64,000 nt of DNA from an uncultured delta proteobacterium (lineage in GTDB: Bacteria > Desulfobacterota > Binatia > UBA9968). Position 1 is the first letter of the stretch. Each line of letters opens with the position of its first letter. Location: positions 128,001 through 192,000 of the forward strand of contig CAVXEP010000029.1 of the NCBI GenBank assembly GCA_963760795.1, written 5' to 3'. This document shows positions 30,328 to 39,629 of this stretch, one piece after another. Below the pieces are notes generated by a model that made no database searches, was not told the DNA's origin, and saw nothing but the letters and a program-made list of their open reading frames with translations. A program made the translations under genes and the position numbers.

Positions 30328-30912
30328 GTGAGCCCAGCAGCGGAAGAGAATTCTTCTCCAACGGATGTGACAAAAACCGGCAAGGCTGGAGTGCGCTACC
30401 GTGAGGAGGCGCTCGAGGCTTTTTACGACGGTTTCAAAGCGGCGGGAATCGACTTCGCGGCGTATCTGCCCGACAGCATGCTCGACGGCATTGAGCAACT
30501 AATGATCGAGCGCGGCGGTATTGAATGCTATCAGTGCTCGCGCGAGGATGAAGGCATCGCCATGGCGATGGGCGCATTTTTGGTCGGCAAACGGTCGGTG
30601 GCGCTCATGGAAGGGTCCGGCATCGGCATGTCAGGCTTGATTCTCGCCCGCGGGATTGTGCAGAAAACTCCGACGATGCTGGTCATCGGCCACAACAGCA
30701 CTCTCGGTGAGCGTTTCGATTATCATGGCGCGACTCGATTGGTGGCGGAACCTGTGTTGCGCGCCCTCGACATTCCCTATCATGTGCTCTTTGACCCCGC
30801 CGACATCCGCAAGGTGATCGTCGAGGCCCAAGGAACCATCGAAGGGCAACGCATTCCGGTCGGCATTTTGGTGCCGAGCCATGTCATTCGCGAAAGCGGA
30901 GTCAGCCGATGA
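30328..30912 (+). CDS. TPP-dependent decarboxylase, PYR subunit (sulfopyruvate decarboxylase ComD-like)
   Basis: AYLPDS, SREDEGIA and ALMEGSGIG motifs. Confidence 0.85.
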   Translation: MSPAAEENSSPTDVTKTGKAGVRYREEALEAFYDGFKAAGIDFAAYLPDSMLDGIEQLMIERGGIECYQCSREDEGIAMAMGAFLVGKRSVALMEGSGIGMSGLILARGIVQKTPTMLVIGHNSTLGERFDYHGATRLVAEPVLRALDIPYHVLFDPADIRKVIVEAQGTIEGQRIPVGILVPSHVIRESGVSR

Positions 30913-31502
30913 AGCGGACCGATGTCCTGCAACACATCGCTGCACTGCGCAACGGCGATCCGATGATCATCAGCCCCGGTTTGGCGAACTACCCGGTCGC
31001 CCAAGCGAAGGATGAACCGCTGACTATTTATAACATGGACATGCCCTACACTACGCCCATGGCTCTGGGCATGGCCCTGGGTTGGCCGGAGCGCAAAGTG
31101 ATCTCCATCGAGGGCGATGGATCGATGCTCGCGGGACCCGGCGTGTTGTCGACGATCGCTCGTTACCGGCCCAAGAACCTGCTGATGTTTATTTTCGACA
31201 ACGGCGCGTACTTGACCACGGGCTCGGGTAAAGCTCCGACGGCAACGGTGTTCGGTACCGACATCGAACAGTTGGCACGGGCGGCGGGCATGGAAAATTG
31301 CCGAACTGTGAGCGAGCTGGACGCGGCGAAGCTCGCGGTCAACGCAGCCTTTGCGAAACCAGGCCCATGGTTGGTCGTCGCCAAAGTCGACAAGCAGGAC
31401 CGTCCGGTGGAGCGGGGGCAACATGCGTTGCCTATGTATGTTTACGAGGCGGGTCTGGTCTTTCATCGCACCGCGTTGCAAGCAAGGTCGGCTACGACGT
31501 AA
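30909..31502 (+). CDS. TPP-dependent decarboxylase, PP subunit (ComE-like)
   Basis: EGDGSML...FDNG TPP/Mg motif; ATGA overlap with the upstream gene. Confidence 0.85.
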   Translation: MKRTDVLQHIAALRNGDPMIISPGLANYPVAQAKDEPLTIYNMDMPYTTPMALGMALGWPERKVISIEGDGSMLAGPGVLSTIARYRPKNLLMFIFDNGAYLTTGSGKAPTATVFGTDIEQLARAAGMENCRTVSELDAAKLAVNAAFAKPGPWLVVAKVDKQDRPVERGQHALPMYVYEAGLVFHRTALQARSATT

Positions 31503-31532
31503 CCAGAAGTTTCAGCGAAAGGGGATTACCAG

Positions 31533-32624
31533 ATGTTCCAGTCCAGCATTCGTCGCATCATTCTGTCGGCGGTGATGATGTCGATCGGCGCCGCGCCGGC
31601 CGAAAGCCAAGAGTGGAAAACCAAGTGGGATAAAGTCCTGGCGGAGGCCAAGAAAGAGGGTAAGGTCGCGGTCGCTGGACCTCCGGGGAGCGCCTATCGC
31701 GAGGTGATGCGCGGCTTTGAAAAAAAATATCCGGAAATCACGCTGGAGTTTCAAAGTTTTACGCCGACTAACTTCACCGCGCGCTTCGCCAAAGAACGTC
31801 AAGCGGGACAATTTCTTTGGGATCTCTATGTAACCGGGCCCACCGGATTCGATATCGCCGCGAAGAAGGCGGGAGATCTGGACCCGATCCGGCCACTGTT
31901 TATTCTTCCCGAAGTGCTCGACGAAAAAGTCTGGTTCGGCGGCTTCGACAAAGCGTTCTTGGATTCCGAAAAAAAATACATCTTCGCATTCCAAGCGCAA
32001 ATCACGCCGCAAGTGTTAGTCAACCGCGAAGTTGTTTCGGAGAAAGATTTGAACAGCATCAAAGGACTCTTGGATGCCAAATGGAAGGGCAAGATCGCCA
32101 TCAACGATCCCCGCGTCGATGGCGCCGGCAATGGTCGTATCGCGCTATGGACTGGGCAGTTGGGCGAGGAGTTTGTCCGCGCCCTGTTGCGCCACGATTT
32201 AACTCTGTCCCGCGATGACCGACAGCTTGCTGACTGGTTGGCGCGCGGCCGCTATCCCATCGCCATCGGCGTTAACGATACCGATATAGCCGAGTTGCAG
32301 AAACTCGGCGTCGGCGCCAAGGTCGAACCGTTGGGCGGCAAATCGGCCGAGGCCTGGCGCTTAAGCACGGGCTGGGGCGCGGCGCGCTTGGTCAACAAGG
32401 CGCCGCATATCAATGCGGCGACGGTGTTCGTCAATTGGCTATTGTCAAAAGAGGGACAGGCCGCTTGGGCCACCACCGTTTCACGCCCCAGCCGCCGGAA
32501 CGATGTGGTACGGGTGCACGGTATGTCGCCGGAGCCGGGCGTTGACTATTTCGATATCGACCGTGAGGAGCGAGTTCCCCTGCGCGACAAGGCGCAGGAG
32601 ATTTCGAAGTCCGTGCTGCACTAG
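31533..32624 (+). CDS. ABC solute-binding protein (AfuA-like)
   Basis: Signal peptide; EAKKEG, KWKGKI and APHINAATVFVNW motifs. Confidence 0.9.
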   Translation: MFQSSIRRIILSAVMMSIGAAPAESQEWKTKWDKVLAEAKKEGKVAVAGPPGSAYREVMRGFEKKYPEITLEFQSFTPTNFTARFAKERQAGQFLWDLYVTGPTGFDIAAKKAGDLDPIRPLFILPEVLDEKVWFGGFDKAFLDSEKKYIFAFQAQITPQVLVNREVVSEKDLNSIKGLLDAKWKGKIAINDPRVDGAGNGRIALWTGQLGEEFVRALLRHDLTLSRDDRQLADWLARGRYPIAIGVNDTDIAELQKLGVGAKVEPLGGKSAEAWRLSTGWGAARLVNKAPHINAATVFVNWLLSKEGQAAWATTVSRPSRRNDVVRVHGMSPEPGVDYFDIDREERVPLRDKAQEISKSVLH

Positions 32625-32658
32625 TTCACGGCCACTGGAAAGCTATTTCTTGTGCCAT

Positions 32659-32687
32659 CTCTAGCGCAGCTGACGGCTGCGCTAGAG
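32659..32687. repeat. 12-bp perfect inverted repeat between SBP and permease (mRNA-stabilising or attenuating hairpin)
   Basis: CTCTAGCGCAGC-TGACG-GCTGCGCTAGAG; no U-tract. Confidence 0.7.
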
Positions 32688-32770
32688 GAACAAACAAGCT
32701 ATTCGGCGTTGCCGAAGCGCGCCATACTCTGCGCCGTCATCACAACCCATTAAAAAGTTCGCTGCTATCC

Positions 32771-34471
32771 GTGTCATTCTATCAAGCAAATTCATTCAGC
32801 CTGCAGAGTTTTTTTTACTGGCTGGTCTTAGCGGTGCTTCTCTTGGCGGTTCTTTATCCCGCCGGGGTGATCGTTTTTACTAGCTTTGAAGCGCCGAACG
32901 GGAAGCTGGCTGGTGGTCTGAGTTTGCAACCCTGGAGGATGGCATTCGCCGATCCCGCGATCGTGTCGGCCATCTGGAACACACTAAGCGTTACCGTGGC
33001 GCGGCAAGCGATCGCCTTGCCGATCGCAATTGTACTCGCCTGGATCATCGCCAGAACCAACGTTCCCGCCGCCGCTTGCCTGGAATTTCTCATTTGGCTG
33101 GGTTATTTTCTCCCGCCACTGCCCGTCACCATGGGGTGGATTCTCCTCTTGGAGCCCGATTATGGGCTACTCAACCAATGGCTGTCTCGTCTGCCCTTTG
33201 TCGGCGTCGCGCCATTCAATATCTATTCGTTCTGGGGCATCGTCTGGGCCCATTTGACGACATCGACTATCGCCGTGGAGGTGATGCTGCTCACCCCGGC
33301 GTTTCGCAACATGGATTCGAGCTTCGAAGAAGCGTCGTTGGTGTCCGGCGCCGGCGTCATGCGCACCATCGGCAAAATTGTCGTGCCGTTGCTGAAGCCG
33401 ATCGTCGGTGTGGTCCTGCTCCTTGGCATCGTCCATTCGCTGCAAGCTTTTGAGTTGGAATTGATTCTCGGATTTCCCTTTCGCTTTCATGTTTTCAGCA
33501 CGCAGATTCATTTTCTGCTAAACCAGCAGCCGCCCCAATTCGCCGCGGCGACGGCATTGGGCAGCACGATTCTTTTCATCATGGCGCCGCTGATTATGTG
33601 TCAACGCGCGGGCGTTGCCAGACGCAACTACGCGACCGTGACCGGTCGCTACCAGGGGCGCAAACAGAGTTTGGGCAAGTGGCGCTGGGCGATTTTTTTG
33701 CTGGTGTTGACGGTGGCATTGACGATCACGATTATTCCGCTGGTGTTTCTATGTCTGGCTTCCTTCATGGCGCGCTTTGGATATTTCAATATCGCCAACC
33801 CTTGGACGGCGCTTCACTGGACTGGAGTTCTCGACGATTCGGTGTTTTTGCAATCGTTGAAAAACACGTTGCTGCTCGCCGGCGCGACGGCGCTGGTGGC
33901 GGTGGTCTTGTTCACCGCGGTTGCTTATATCGTCATTCGGACCCGATTCATTGGCCGCGCCGTCATCGATATGGTCTCTTGGCTGCCATCGACTTTGCCG
34001 GGAATTATTCTTGGCTTAGGATTGCTGTCAGTATTTCTCGGCACGCCGTTTTTGCGCCCGTTGTACGGCTCGTTGGCGCTATTGATCATTGCCACGGTGA
34101 TTTCCTGCATGACCCTCGGCGTGCAAGTGATCAAAGGCGCGCTGACCCAATTGGCCGTTGAGTTGGAGGAAGCGGCTCAAGTTGCCGGCGGCTCGGCGTG
34201 GCGCAGCTTTCGCGACATCATCGTGCCGATTATCACTCCCAGCGTCCTGCTCGTCGGCACTTTGAGTTTCATCGCCGCGGCGCGAAACGTCAGCACGGTG
34301 GCGTTAATTTCCACCAGCCGCACGCGGCCGTTGTCTTTGCTGCAATTGGATTTTTTGATCGAATCGCGTTACGAAAGCGCCGCGGTGGTGGGAATCATCG
34401 TCGTCCTGTTGACCACCGGGGTTGCCTTAGTATCGCGTGTTTTGGGTTTGCGAACCGGCATTGAAAGCTAG
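32771..34471 (+). CDS. ABC permease (FbpB-like)
   Basis: FEEASLVSGA and LEEAAQVAGG EAA loops. Confidence 0.92.
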   Translation: MSFYQANSFSLQSFFYWLVLAVLLLAVLYPAGVIVFTSFEAPNGKLAGGLSLQPWRMAFADPAIVSAIWNTLSVTVARQAIALPIAIVLAWIIARTNVPAAACLEFLIWLGYFLPPLPVTMGWILLLEPDYGLLNQWLSRLPFVGVAPFNIYSFWGIVWAHLTTSTIAVEVMLLTPAFRNMDSSFEEASLVSGAGVMRTIGKIVVPLLKPIVGVVLLLGIVHSLQAFELELILGFPFRFHVFSTQIHFLLNQQPPQFAAATALGSTILFIMAPLIMCQRAGVARRNYATVTGRYQGRKQSLGKWRWAIFLLVLTVALTITIIPLVFLCLASFMARFGYFNIANPWTALHWTGVLDDSVFLQSLKNTLLLAGATALVAVVLFTAVAYIVIRTRFIGRAVIDMVSWLPSTLPGIILGLGLLSVFLGTPFLRPLYGSLALLIIATVISCMTLGVQVIKGALTQLAVELEEAAQVAGGSAWRSFRDIIVPIITPSVLLVGTLSFIAAARNVSTVALISTSRTRPLSLLQLDFLIESRYESAAVVGIIVVLLTTGVALVSRVLGLRTGIES

Positions 34472-34515
34472 AAGTCGAAGAGCCGAATTCAACGCTTGGT
34501 ATTAAGGATGCATTC

Positions 34516-36753
34516 ATGAAACAAGCAAAACATGTCGGCAGTTCGGTCCCGCGCGCGGAAAGTGTCGAAAAGGTGACCGGAAAGGCGGTGTATGCCGTCG
34601 ACGTAACTTTCCCCGAAATGCTCTGGGGAAAGGTGCTGCGCAGTCCCATTGCCCATGGCCGCATTAAGCGCATCGATGCCAATAAAGCCTTGGCCGTACC
34701 GGGAGTAAAAGCGCTGGTTGCCGGGGCTGACGTCACCGGAGTAAGAATCGGCCGGCAACTTTACGATATGCCGATTCTCGCCGACGGTATGGTCCGCTTC
34801 ATCGGCGAGAAAGTCGCGGCGGTGGCGGCTGAGTCACCGGAGATCGCAGAGCAGGCCGTGGAGCTCATCGAAGTCGAATATGAAGAGTTGCCGCCTTTGC
34901 TCGATCCGGTTGGAGCGATGGCGCCTGGGGCCACTCTGCTCCACCCCCAAGTCATGGAATACCGCGGACTGCCTAGCCCGCTTACCGCGCCGAGCAACGC
35001 TTTTGTCCAATTATCTTGGAAAAAGGGCGCAGTCGAAGAAGGCTTTCGCCGCGCCGACCGGATCATTGAAAATACTTTTCAAACGCCGGTCGTGCACCAG
35101 GCCTACATCGAGCCGCATTCCTGCGTTGTCAAAGCCAATGAATCCGGCGGCGCAGAAATCTGGGCTTGCTGCAAAGTACCCTTCGCGTTGCGCGATCAAC
35201 TAGCGACCGCGTTCGCTATCGCCACCGACAAATTTCTCGTTCATCCATGTAACATTGGCGGCGATTTCGGCGGCAAAGGCGACTTCATGGATGTGCCGGT
35301 GGCGTATCTGCTGTCGCTCAAGAGCGGCCGGCCGGTGAAAATAGTGATGGATTATGGCGAGGAATTTGTCGCCGGCAATCCTCGTCATGCCGCCATCGTC
35401 AAAATCAAAACCGGCGTGACCAAAGACGGCCGCATTGTCGCCCACCACATGGATTTCATTTTTGACAGCGGCGCCTACGGCGCGTTCAAACCGATTGGCT
35501 ATCTGTTCGGAGCTCATGAAGCGGCGGGCCCGTATCGAATGGAAAACGTGCTGATCGAAGAAAAAATCGTTTACACTAATAAAGTTCCCTGCGGCCATAT
35601 GCGCGCGCCCGGTGATCCCCAAGGGGTGTTCGCCAACGAATCGCAAATGGACTTGATCGCCAAAGAGTTGCGTATGGACCCGGCACGTTTTCGCAAACAA
35701 AATCTAATGCATGATGGCGACGATTCTCCGGTGGGCAGAAAAATCTCCCATATCAAAGCGCGCGAAACCTTAGTCCGGCTGCTGCGCGAGTCGAAGTATT
35801 ATAGCCGAAAGAAGCCCAATGTCGGACGCGGCTTGGCGCTGATTCAGTGGCTCGCCTTGGGCGGCGAATGTTCGGTATTCATTGGCATCGATGAAGCTGG
35901 AAAAGTTACCATAGCCTCGGCGATGCTAGACCAGGGTGCCGGCGCCGGTACCGTGCTGCGGCAAATTGTCAGCGATGAACTGCAGGTCGAAGAGCATAAC
36001 ATTGCTTTAGTGACATTGGATACGGCAAACGCTCCGACGGACACCGGAGTCGGCGCCAGTCGCGCGACCAGAACTTACGGCAACGCCTGCTACGACGCCG
36101 TGGTTAAAGTTAAACAGGAATTATTGACCGTGGCGTCGGAGCTTCTCTCCGCGCATCCAGGTGATTTAAAAATCACCAACCGCGGGGTTGCGTCGAAGTC
36201 GCGCCATCTTTCATTTGGCGCGATCGTGAAAGCCAAGGGCACGCCGATCAAAGTCGAAGGGCGCTATCAGAATCACGAGATCGGTGCCGAAGCGTCGATG
36301 TGCGCGCAGATGGCAGAAGTCGACGTCGATCCGGCGAGTGGTGAGATCAAGCTCCGTCGTTTCGTTAGCGTGCATCACACCGGCAAGGTGCTCAATCCGC
36401 TCCTGCACGATGGTCAAATCGACGGTAGCATTGTTATGGGTGCGGGCTATGCGCTGACCGAAGAACTGCTGTTTGCCGAGGGCAACGTGGCGACGCTCCA
36501 CTTTGGCGATTACAAGATCCCCACCATTCGCGACATTCCCCAGCTACGCAAGATCGTCGTCGAGACGCCGGTGGGCCGTGGGCCCTACAACAGCATGAGC
36601 ATCGGTGAGATCCCGATCATTACGGTCGCACCGGCGATTGCCAATGCGGTCCATGATGCCGTCGGTGTCAGAATCAAAACCTTGCCCATCACGGCGGAAA
36701 AAATCGTTGCGGAATTACGGAATCAAAAGAAACAATCGAACACTGTCGGATAG
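34516..36753 (+). CDS. orphan xanthine dehydrogenase-family molybdopterin-binding subunit
   Basis: KVTGKA, LRSPIAHGRI, HQAYIEPH, GGDFGGKG, GHMRAPG and IGE..APAIANA motifs. Confidence 0.92.
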   Translation: MKQAKHVGSSVPRAESVEKVTGKAVYAVDVTFPEMLWGKVLRSPIAHGRIKRIDANKALAVPGVKALVAGADVTGVRIGRQLYDMPILADGMVRFIGEKVAAVAAESPEIAEQAVELIEVEYEELPPLLDPVGAMAPGATLLHPQVMEYRGLPSPLTAPSNAFVQLSWKKGAVEEGFRRADRIIENTFQTPVVHQAYIEPHSCVVKANESGGAEIWACCKVPFALRDQLATAFAIATDKFLVHPCNIGGDFGGKGDFMDVPVAYLLSLKSGRPVKIVMDYGEEFVAGNPRHAAIVKIKTGVTKDGRIVAHHMDFIFDSGAYGAFKPIGYLFGAHEAAGPYRMENVLIEEKIVYTNKVPCGHMRAPGDPQGVFANESQMDLIAKELRMDPARFRKQNLMHDGDDSPVGRKISHIKARETLVRLLRESKYYSRKKPNVGRGLALIQWLALGGECSVFIGIDEAGKVTIASAMLDQGAGAGTVLRQIVSDELQVEEHNIALVTLDTANAPTDTGVGASRATRTYGNACYDAVVKVKQELLTVASELLSAHPGDLKITNRGVASKSRHLSFGAIVKAKGTPIKVEGRYQNHEIGAEASMCAQMAEVDVDPASGEIKLRRFVSVHHTGKVLNPLLHDGQIDGSIVMGAGYALTEELLFAEGNVATLHFGDYKIPTIRDIPQLRKIVVETPVGRGPYNSMSIGEIPIITVAPAIANAVHDAVGVRIKTLPITAEKIVAELRNQKKQSNTVG

Positions 36754-37063
36754 CCGATAGAATCTTTTTCACCGTCTGCCGCGTAATATCATCCCGGCGC
36801 GCAAAATCTTCGGCGCTGCGATCTTGGCAAAAAACATCACCCTGGGGGAAATCGCTGGCTGTGACCAAAAGTCAGCCAGCGACTGCCGAGAGTGACTTTT
36901 TCCAATCGCCTTGTTCTGGTGTAAAGAAGACGGTTTGCTCCGTCCGAATTAGCCATGGGAGGCGCGACCTGCTGCCGAATTTGACGGGATTGTATTGGTC
37001 CTTGGTCGGGATCGCCTAGCCAATTGCAATTTAAGCAAAGAACGGCTTGGACGGTTCTCAATT

Positions 37064-37924
37064 CTAGGTTGAAGACTCCCAACTGTCATAGCCCAATTCG
37101 TTTGAGATCGCGGCAGCGACTTTCATCACAGCCTTTCCCAGGGCAGAAATGCGTGCGGGCCGTACGCGAACCGAAGGACCGGCGATACTGATAGCGCCGA
37201 CCAGCTCTCCGGCATGATTTCTGACCGGCGATCCGACACAGGTGAGGCCAAGTTCGATTTCCTCATTATCGACTGAGTAACCGAGTTTTTGGGTGCGGCG
37301 CAATTCGGCTAGTAATTTGTCGGCCTTTGTAATCGTATTCGGAGTATAACCGCGCAGACTTTGCGACTTGATGATCTTGCGCACCTCGTCTTCATGCAGA
37401 CAAGATAACATCGCCTTGCCCAACGAAGTGCAATACATCGGAATCCGTCTGCCGACACGGGACGGCATACGCAAGGCGTGCGGGCCTTCGACTTTTTCCA
37501 GATAAAGAACTTGATTTTCATCGGGAATGGCCAGGTGGACAGACTCCTGAGTCTCTTCCATGAGATCGATCAAGTGGGGTTTGGCGATTTCGCGCAGATT
37601 GATTCGTGCCAGTGCTTGGTTGCCCAACTTAAATAGCTTCAAGCCAAGATAATAATAACCGGTGTGCCGATTCTGTTGAATTAGACCGTTGTATTCCATG
37701 GCGATGAGGATACGATGCGCGGTGCTCTTGTGCAGCCGAGTCTTCGCCGCAATTTCACTGACACTCATTTCCGGCCGGTCGAAGGTGAAGCAATCGAGAA
37801 TCTCTGAGGCGCGGTCGATGACCTGGATACGATAGATCTGCGACTTGGTGTTACGTAATTTCGCAGGTTGCGAAAACCTTGTAGCGCTTTGGGATGTGCG
37901 ATTACGCGATCCTGTCGTCTTCAT
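37064..37924 (-). CDS. IclR-family transcriptional regulator
   Basis: HTH region IQVIDRA..LHKSTAHRIL; CTSLGKAML, GYSVDNEE and AISIAGP motifs. Confidence 0.95.
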   Translation of the reverse strand: MKTTGSRNRTSQSATRFSQPAKLRNTKSQIYRIQVIDRASEILDCFTFDRPEMSVSEIAAKTRLHKSTAHRILIAMEYNGLIQQNRHTGYYYLGLKLFKLGNQALARINLREIAKPHLIDLMEETQESVHLAIPDENQVLYLEKVEGPHALRMPSRVGRRIPMYCTSLGKAMLSCLHEDEVRKIIKSQSLRGYTPNTITKADKLLAELRRTQKLGYSVDNEEIELGLTCVGSPVRNHAGELVGAISIAGPSVRVRPARISALGKAVMKVAAAISNELGYDSWESST

Positions 37925-38281
37925 GGTTTAGAGACAGCTTGAACTCACGTCCGCCGGGACGCGGCTCCTCCGTTCATAACTAAAAAAGCTTTAAATTAGA
38001 ACGCTAGCACGCTTATTCAAGTATACGGTCGAAGTGTGTTACCAGACTCTAACTTGCCTTGACAGCTAAAAAGCCCGTTGGTTAGTGACCGAGATGTTTT
38101 CTTATAAGTCAAAATGCCGGACTTACCTATGGATAACATCATTTCTAGACTCTTATGCGCTTCAAGCAACCTACGAGCGGGAAGATCCGGCGATTCGTGA
38201 GGCGTGTTGCACGGAGTTAAAGAAAAACAGCATTTCACTGCGTGGGAAAGTACTATGAGACCTAGGAGGAACTCAACATGG

Positions 38282-38770
38282 TGTATCTGGCCATTATGTT
38301 TTGCACAGAGTAGGGTTTTCTTTCAACAGGAATTGCCCCGGAGATTTGAGTTTAAGAGCCCAGTGAGGTCTTTCCGCGTTGTACCACAACAGCCACGGGA
38401 TTAGTTGGCGATTGAACTGATCGGGACTGATAAGCAACCCTTCATGGTAGTCAATGAATTCTTCCTGAATTGTCCGATTAAATCGTTCCACGTGGGCATT
38501 CATCTTGGGGGTTCTGGGATAGGTATGCCAGTGGTTTTTGTGCAGCCGTCTTATCTCTTCATCGAAGTGCTTCATGAACTCAGAGCCGTTGTCGGTAAGC
38601 ACGGACTGAAGCGGATAAGGAAAGACCGCAGCCACAATCCCAAAGAATTCTCGGGCCGCCAAAGAAGCATGGCTCTGGGTGGCCCAGGCAAAACCGAAGC
38701 GAGAGTAGCCACACTCCCCGGGAGCGTTGGCCTTATAGCCTTTGGGCTTTCTGCCCTTGGGGCGGTGTTT
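38282..38770 (-). mobile_element. truncated IS481-like element (integrase core, 3' part only)
   Basis: LTDNGSEF, PRTPKMNAHVERFNRTIQEEF and YNAERPHWAL motifs; TGT terminus at 38282; N-terminal HTH missing. Confidence 0.8.
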
Positions 38771-39183
38771 CTTCTCGACTCTCTGCCCATCGGGCCCAAG
38801 GTCGATATGCCACTGCGCGGCTAGACCGTTATTCAGTTGGATGTCATCGCGATGTTGTGATTCCAGCTGCAAGGTCAATGAGGGCGAAACATTCGCCAGT
38901 ACTTTAAGGCGATTTCGCAGGCGACCTCTCCCCGATCTGAATGTGCTTTCTTTACCCTAGACGCACTGGTGCACATAGTCCCAGTCTAACCGTAGAAATC
39001 GATACGATCCCAGCGTGCAACGTTGCAACTAAGGGACATGCGATGTCGACTTAAATCCCACAACCAAATGGCGATGGACTCTAGTAGAGGGCAAAGCTGA
39101 AGAAAGCGTTCTTCGGCCACCATCAAAGCGCCTTAATCGGCGCGTCGGAGCTCGCACCCCTCGTGACCAGACATCAATTCCGT

Positions 39184-39615
39184 TTACACAGTTAATAACC
39201 GGTCGAAGAACGATCGATAACTGCGCAGCGCTACGCGCAGTTCCTCCGTCGAAACCTTCTCGGAACGCTGCCAGAGAGGTTCGAGGCGGCTCCTTTGATC
39301 GCTGAAGTTTTGTGCTAAGTGTTGCATAATCTCAGCAACCAACTCATCGGCCAACTCGACGGCCCGCTGTGGTTCGTCTACAAAACTGGTTTGGATATTC
39401 TGCCAGCGCGAGCGGAATTCGTTGCCGTCATCTGTGGCGAGCAGAGGGATTAGTGCTTCTTCGTTTATTCCCCTCATATGTGATGGGCTTCCAATTGCCG
39501 TTTCGGCCGTTGCCATTGATCGGGGGGCCTCATTGGAATGCTCGAAGTCTTTCTCGTTGCTTTCCGCCCGCGCCATATCCCTCGAGGATAGTTTCTTGTT
39601 TTCCGATGCTTCCAT
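39184..39615 (-). CDS. hypothetical protein, homologous to the C-terminal domain of 39630-40247
   Basis: RWQNIQTSFVDEP..ADELV and STEELRVALRSYRSFFDRLL. Confidence 0.75.
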   Translation of the reverse strand: MEASENKKLSSRDMARAESNEKDFEHSNEAPRSMATAETAIGSPSHMRGINEEALIPLLATDDGNEFRSRWQNIQTSFVDEPQRAVELADELVAEIMQHLAQNFSDQRSRLEPLWQRSEKVSTEELRVALRSYRSFFDRLLTV

Positions 39616-39629
39616 TATCAGTACCTCAT

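Noticed and set aside
30328-31502. Coenzyme M or phosphonate biosynthesis
   Set aside because: No comABC or pepM in the window; the context is catabolic.
38770-38878. N-terminal part of the 194-aa ORF as transposase
   Set aside because: No transposase similarity upstream of about 38770; likely read-through into unrelated DNA.
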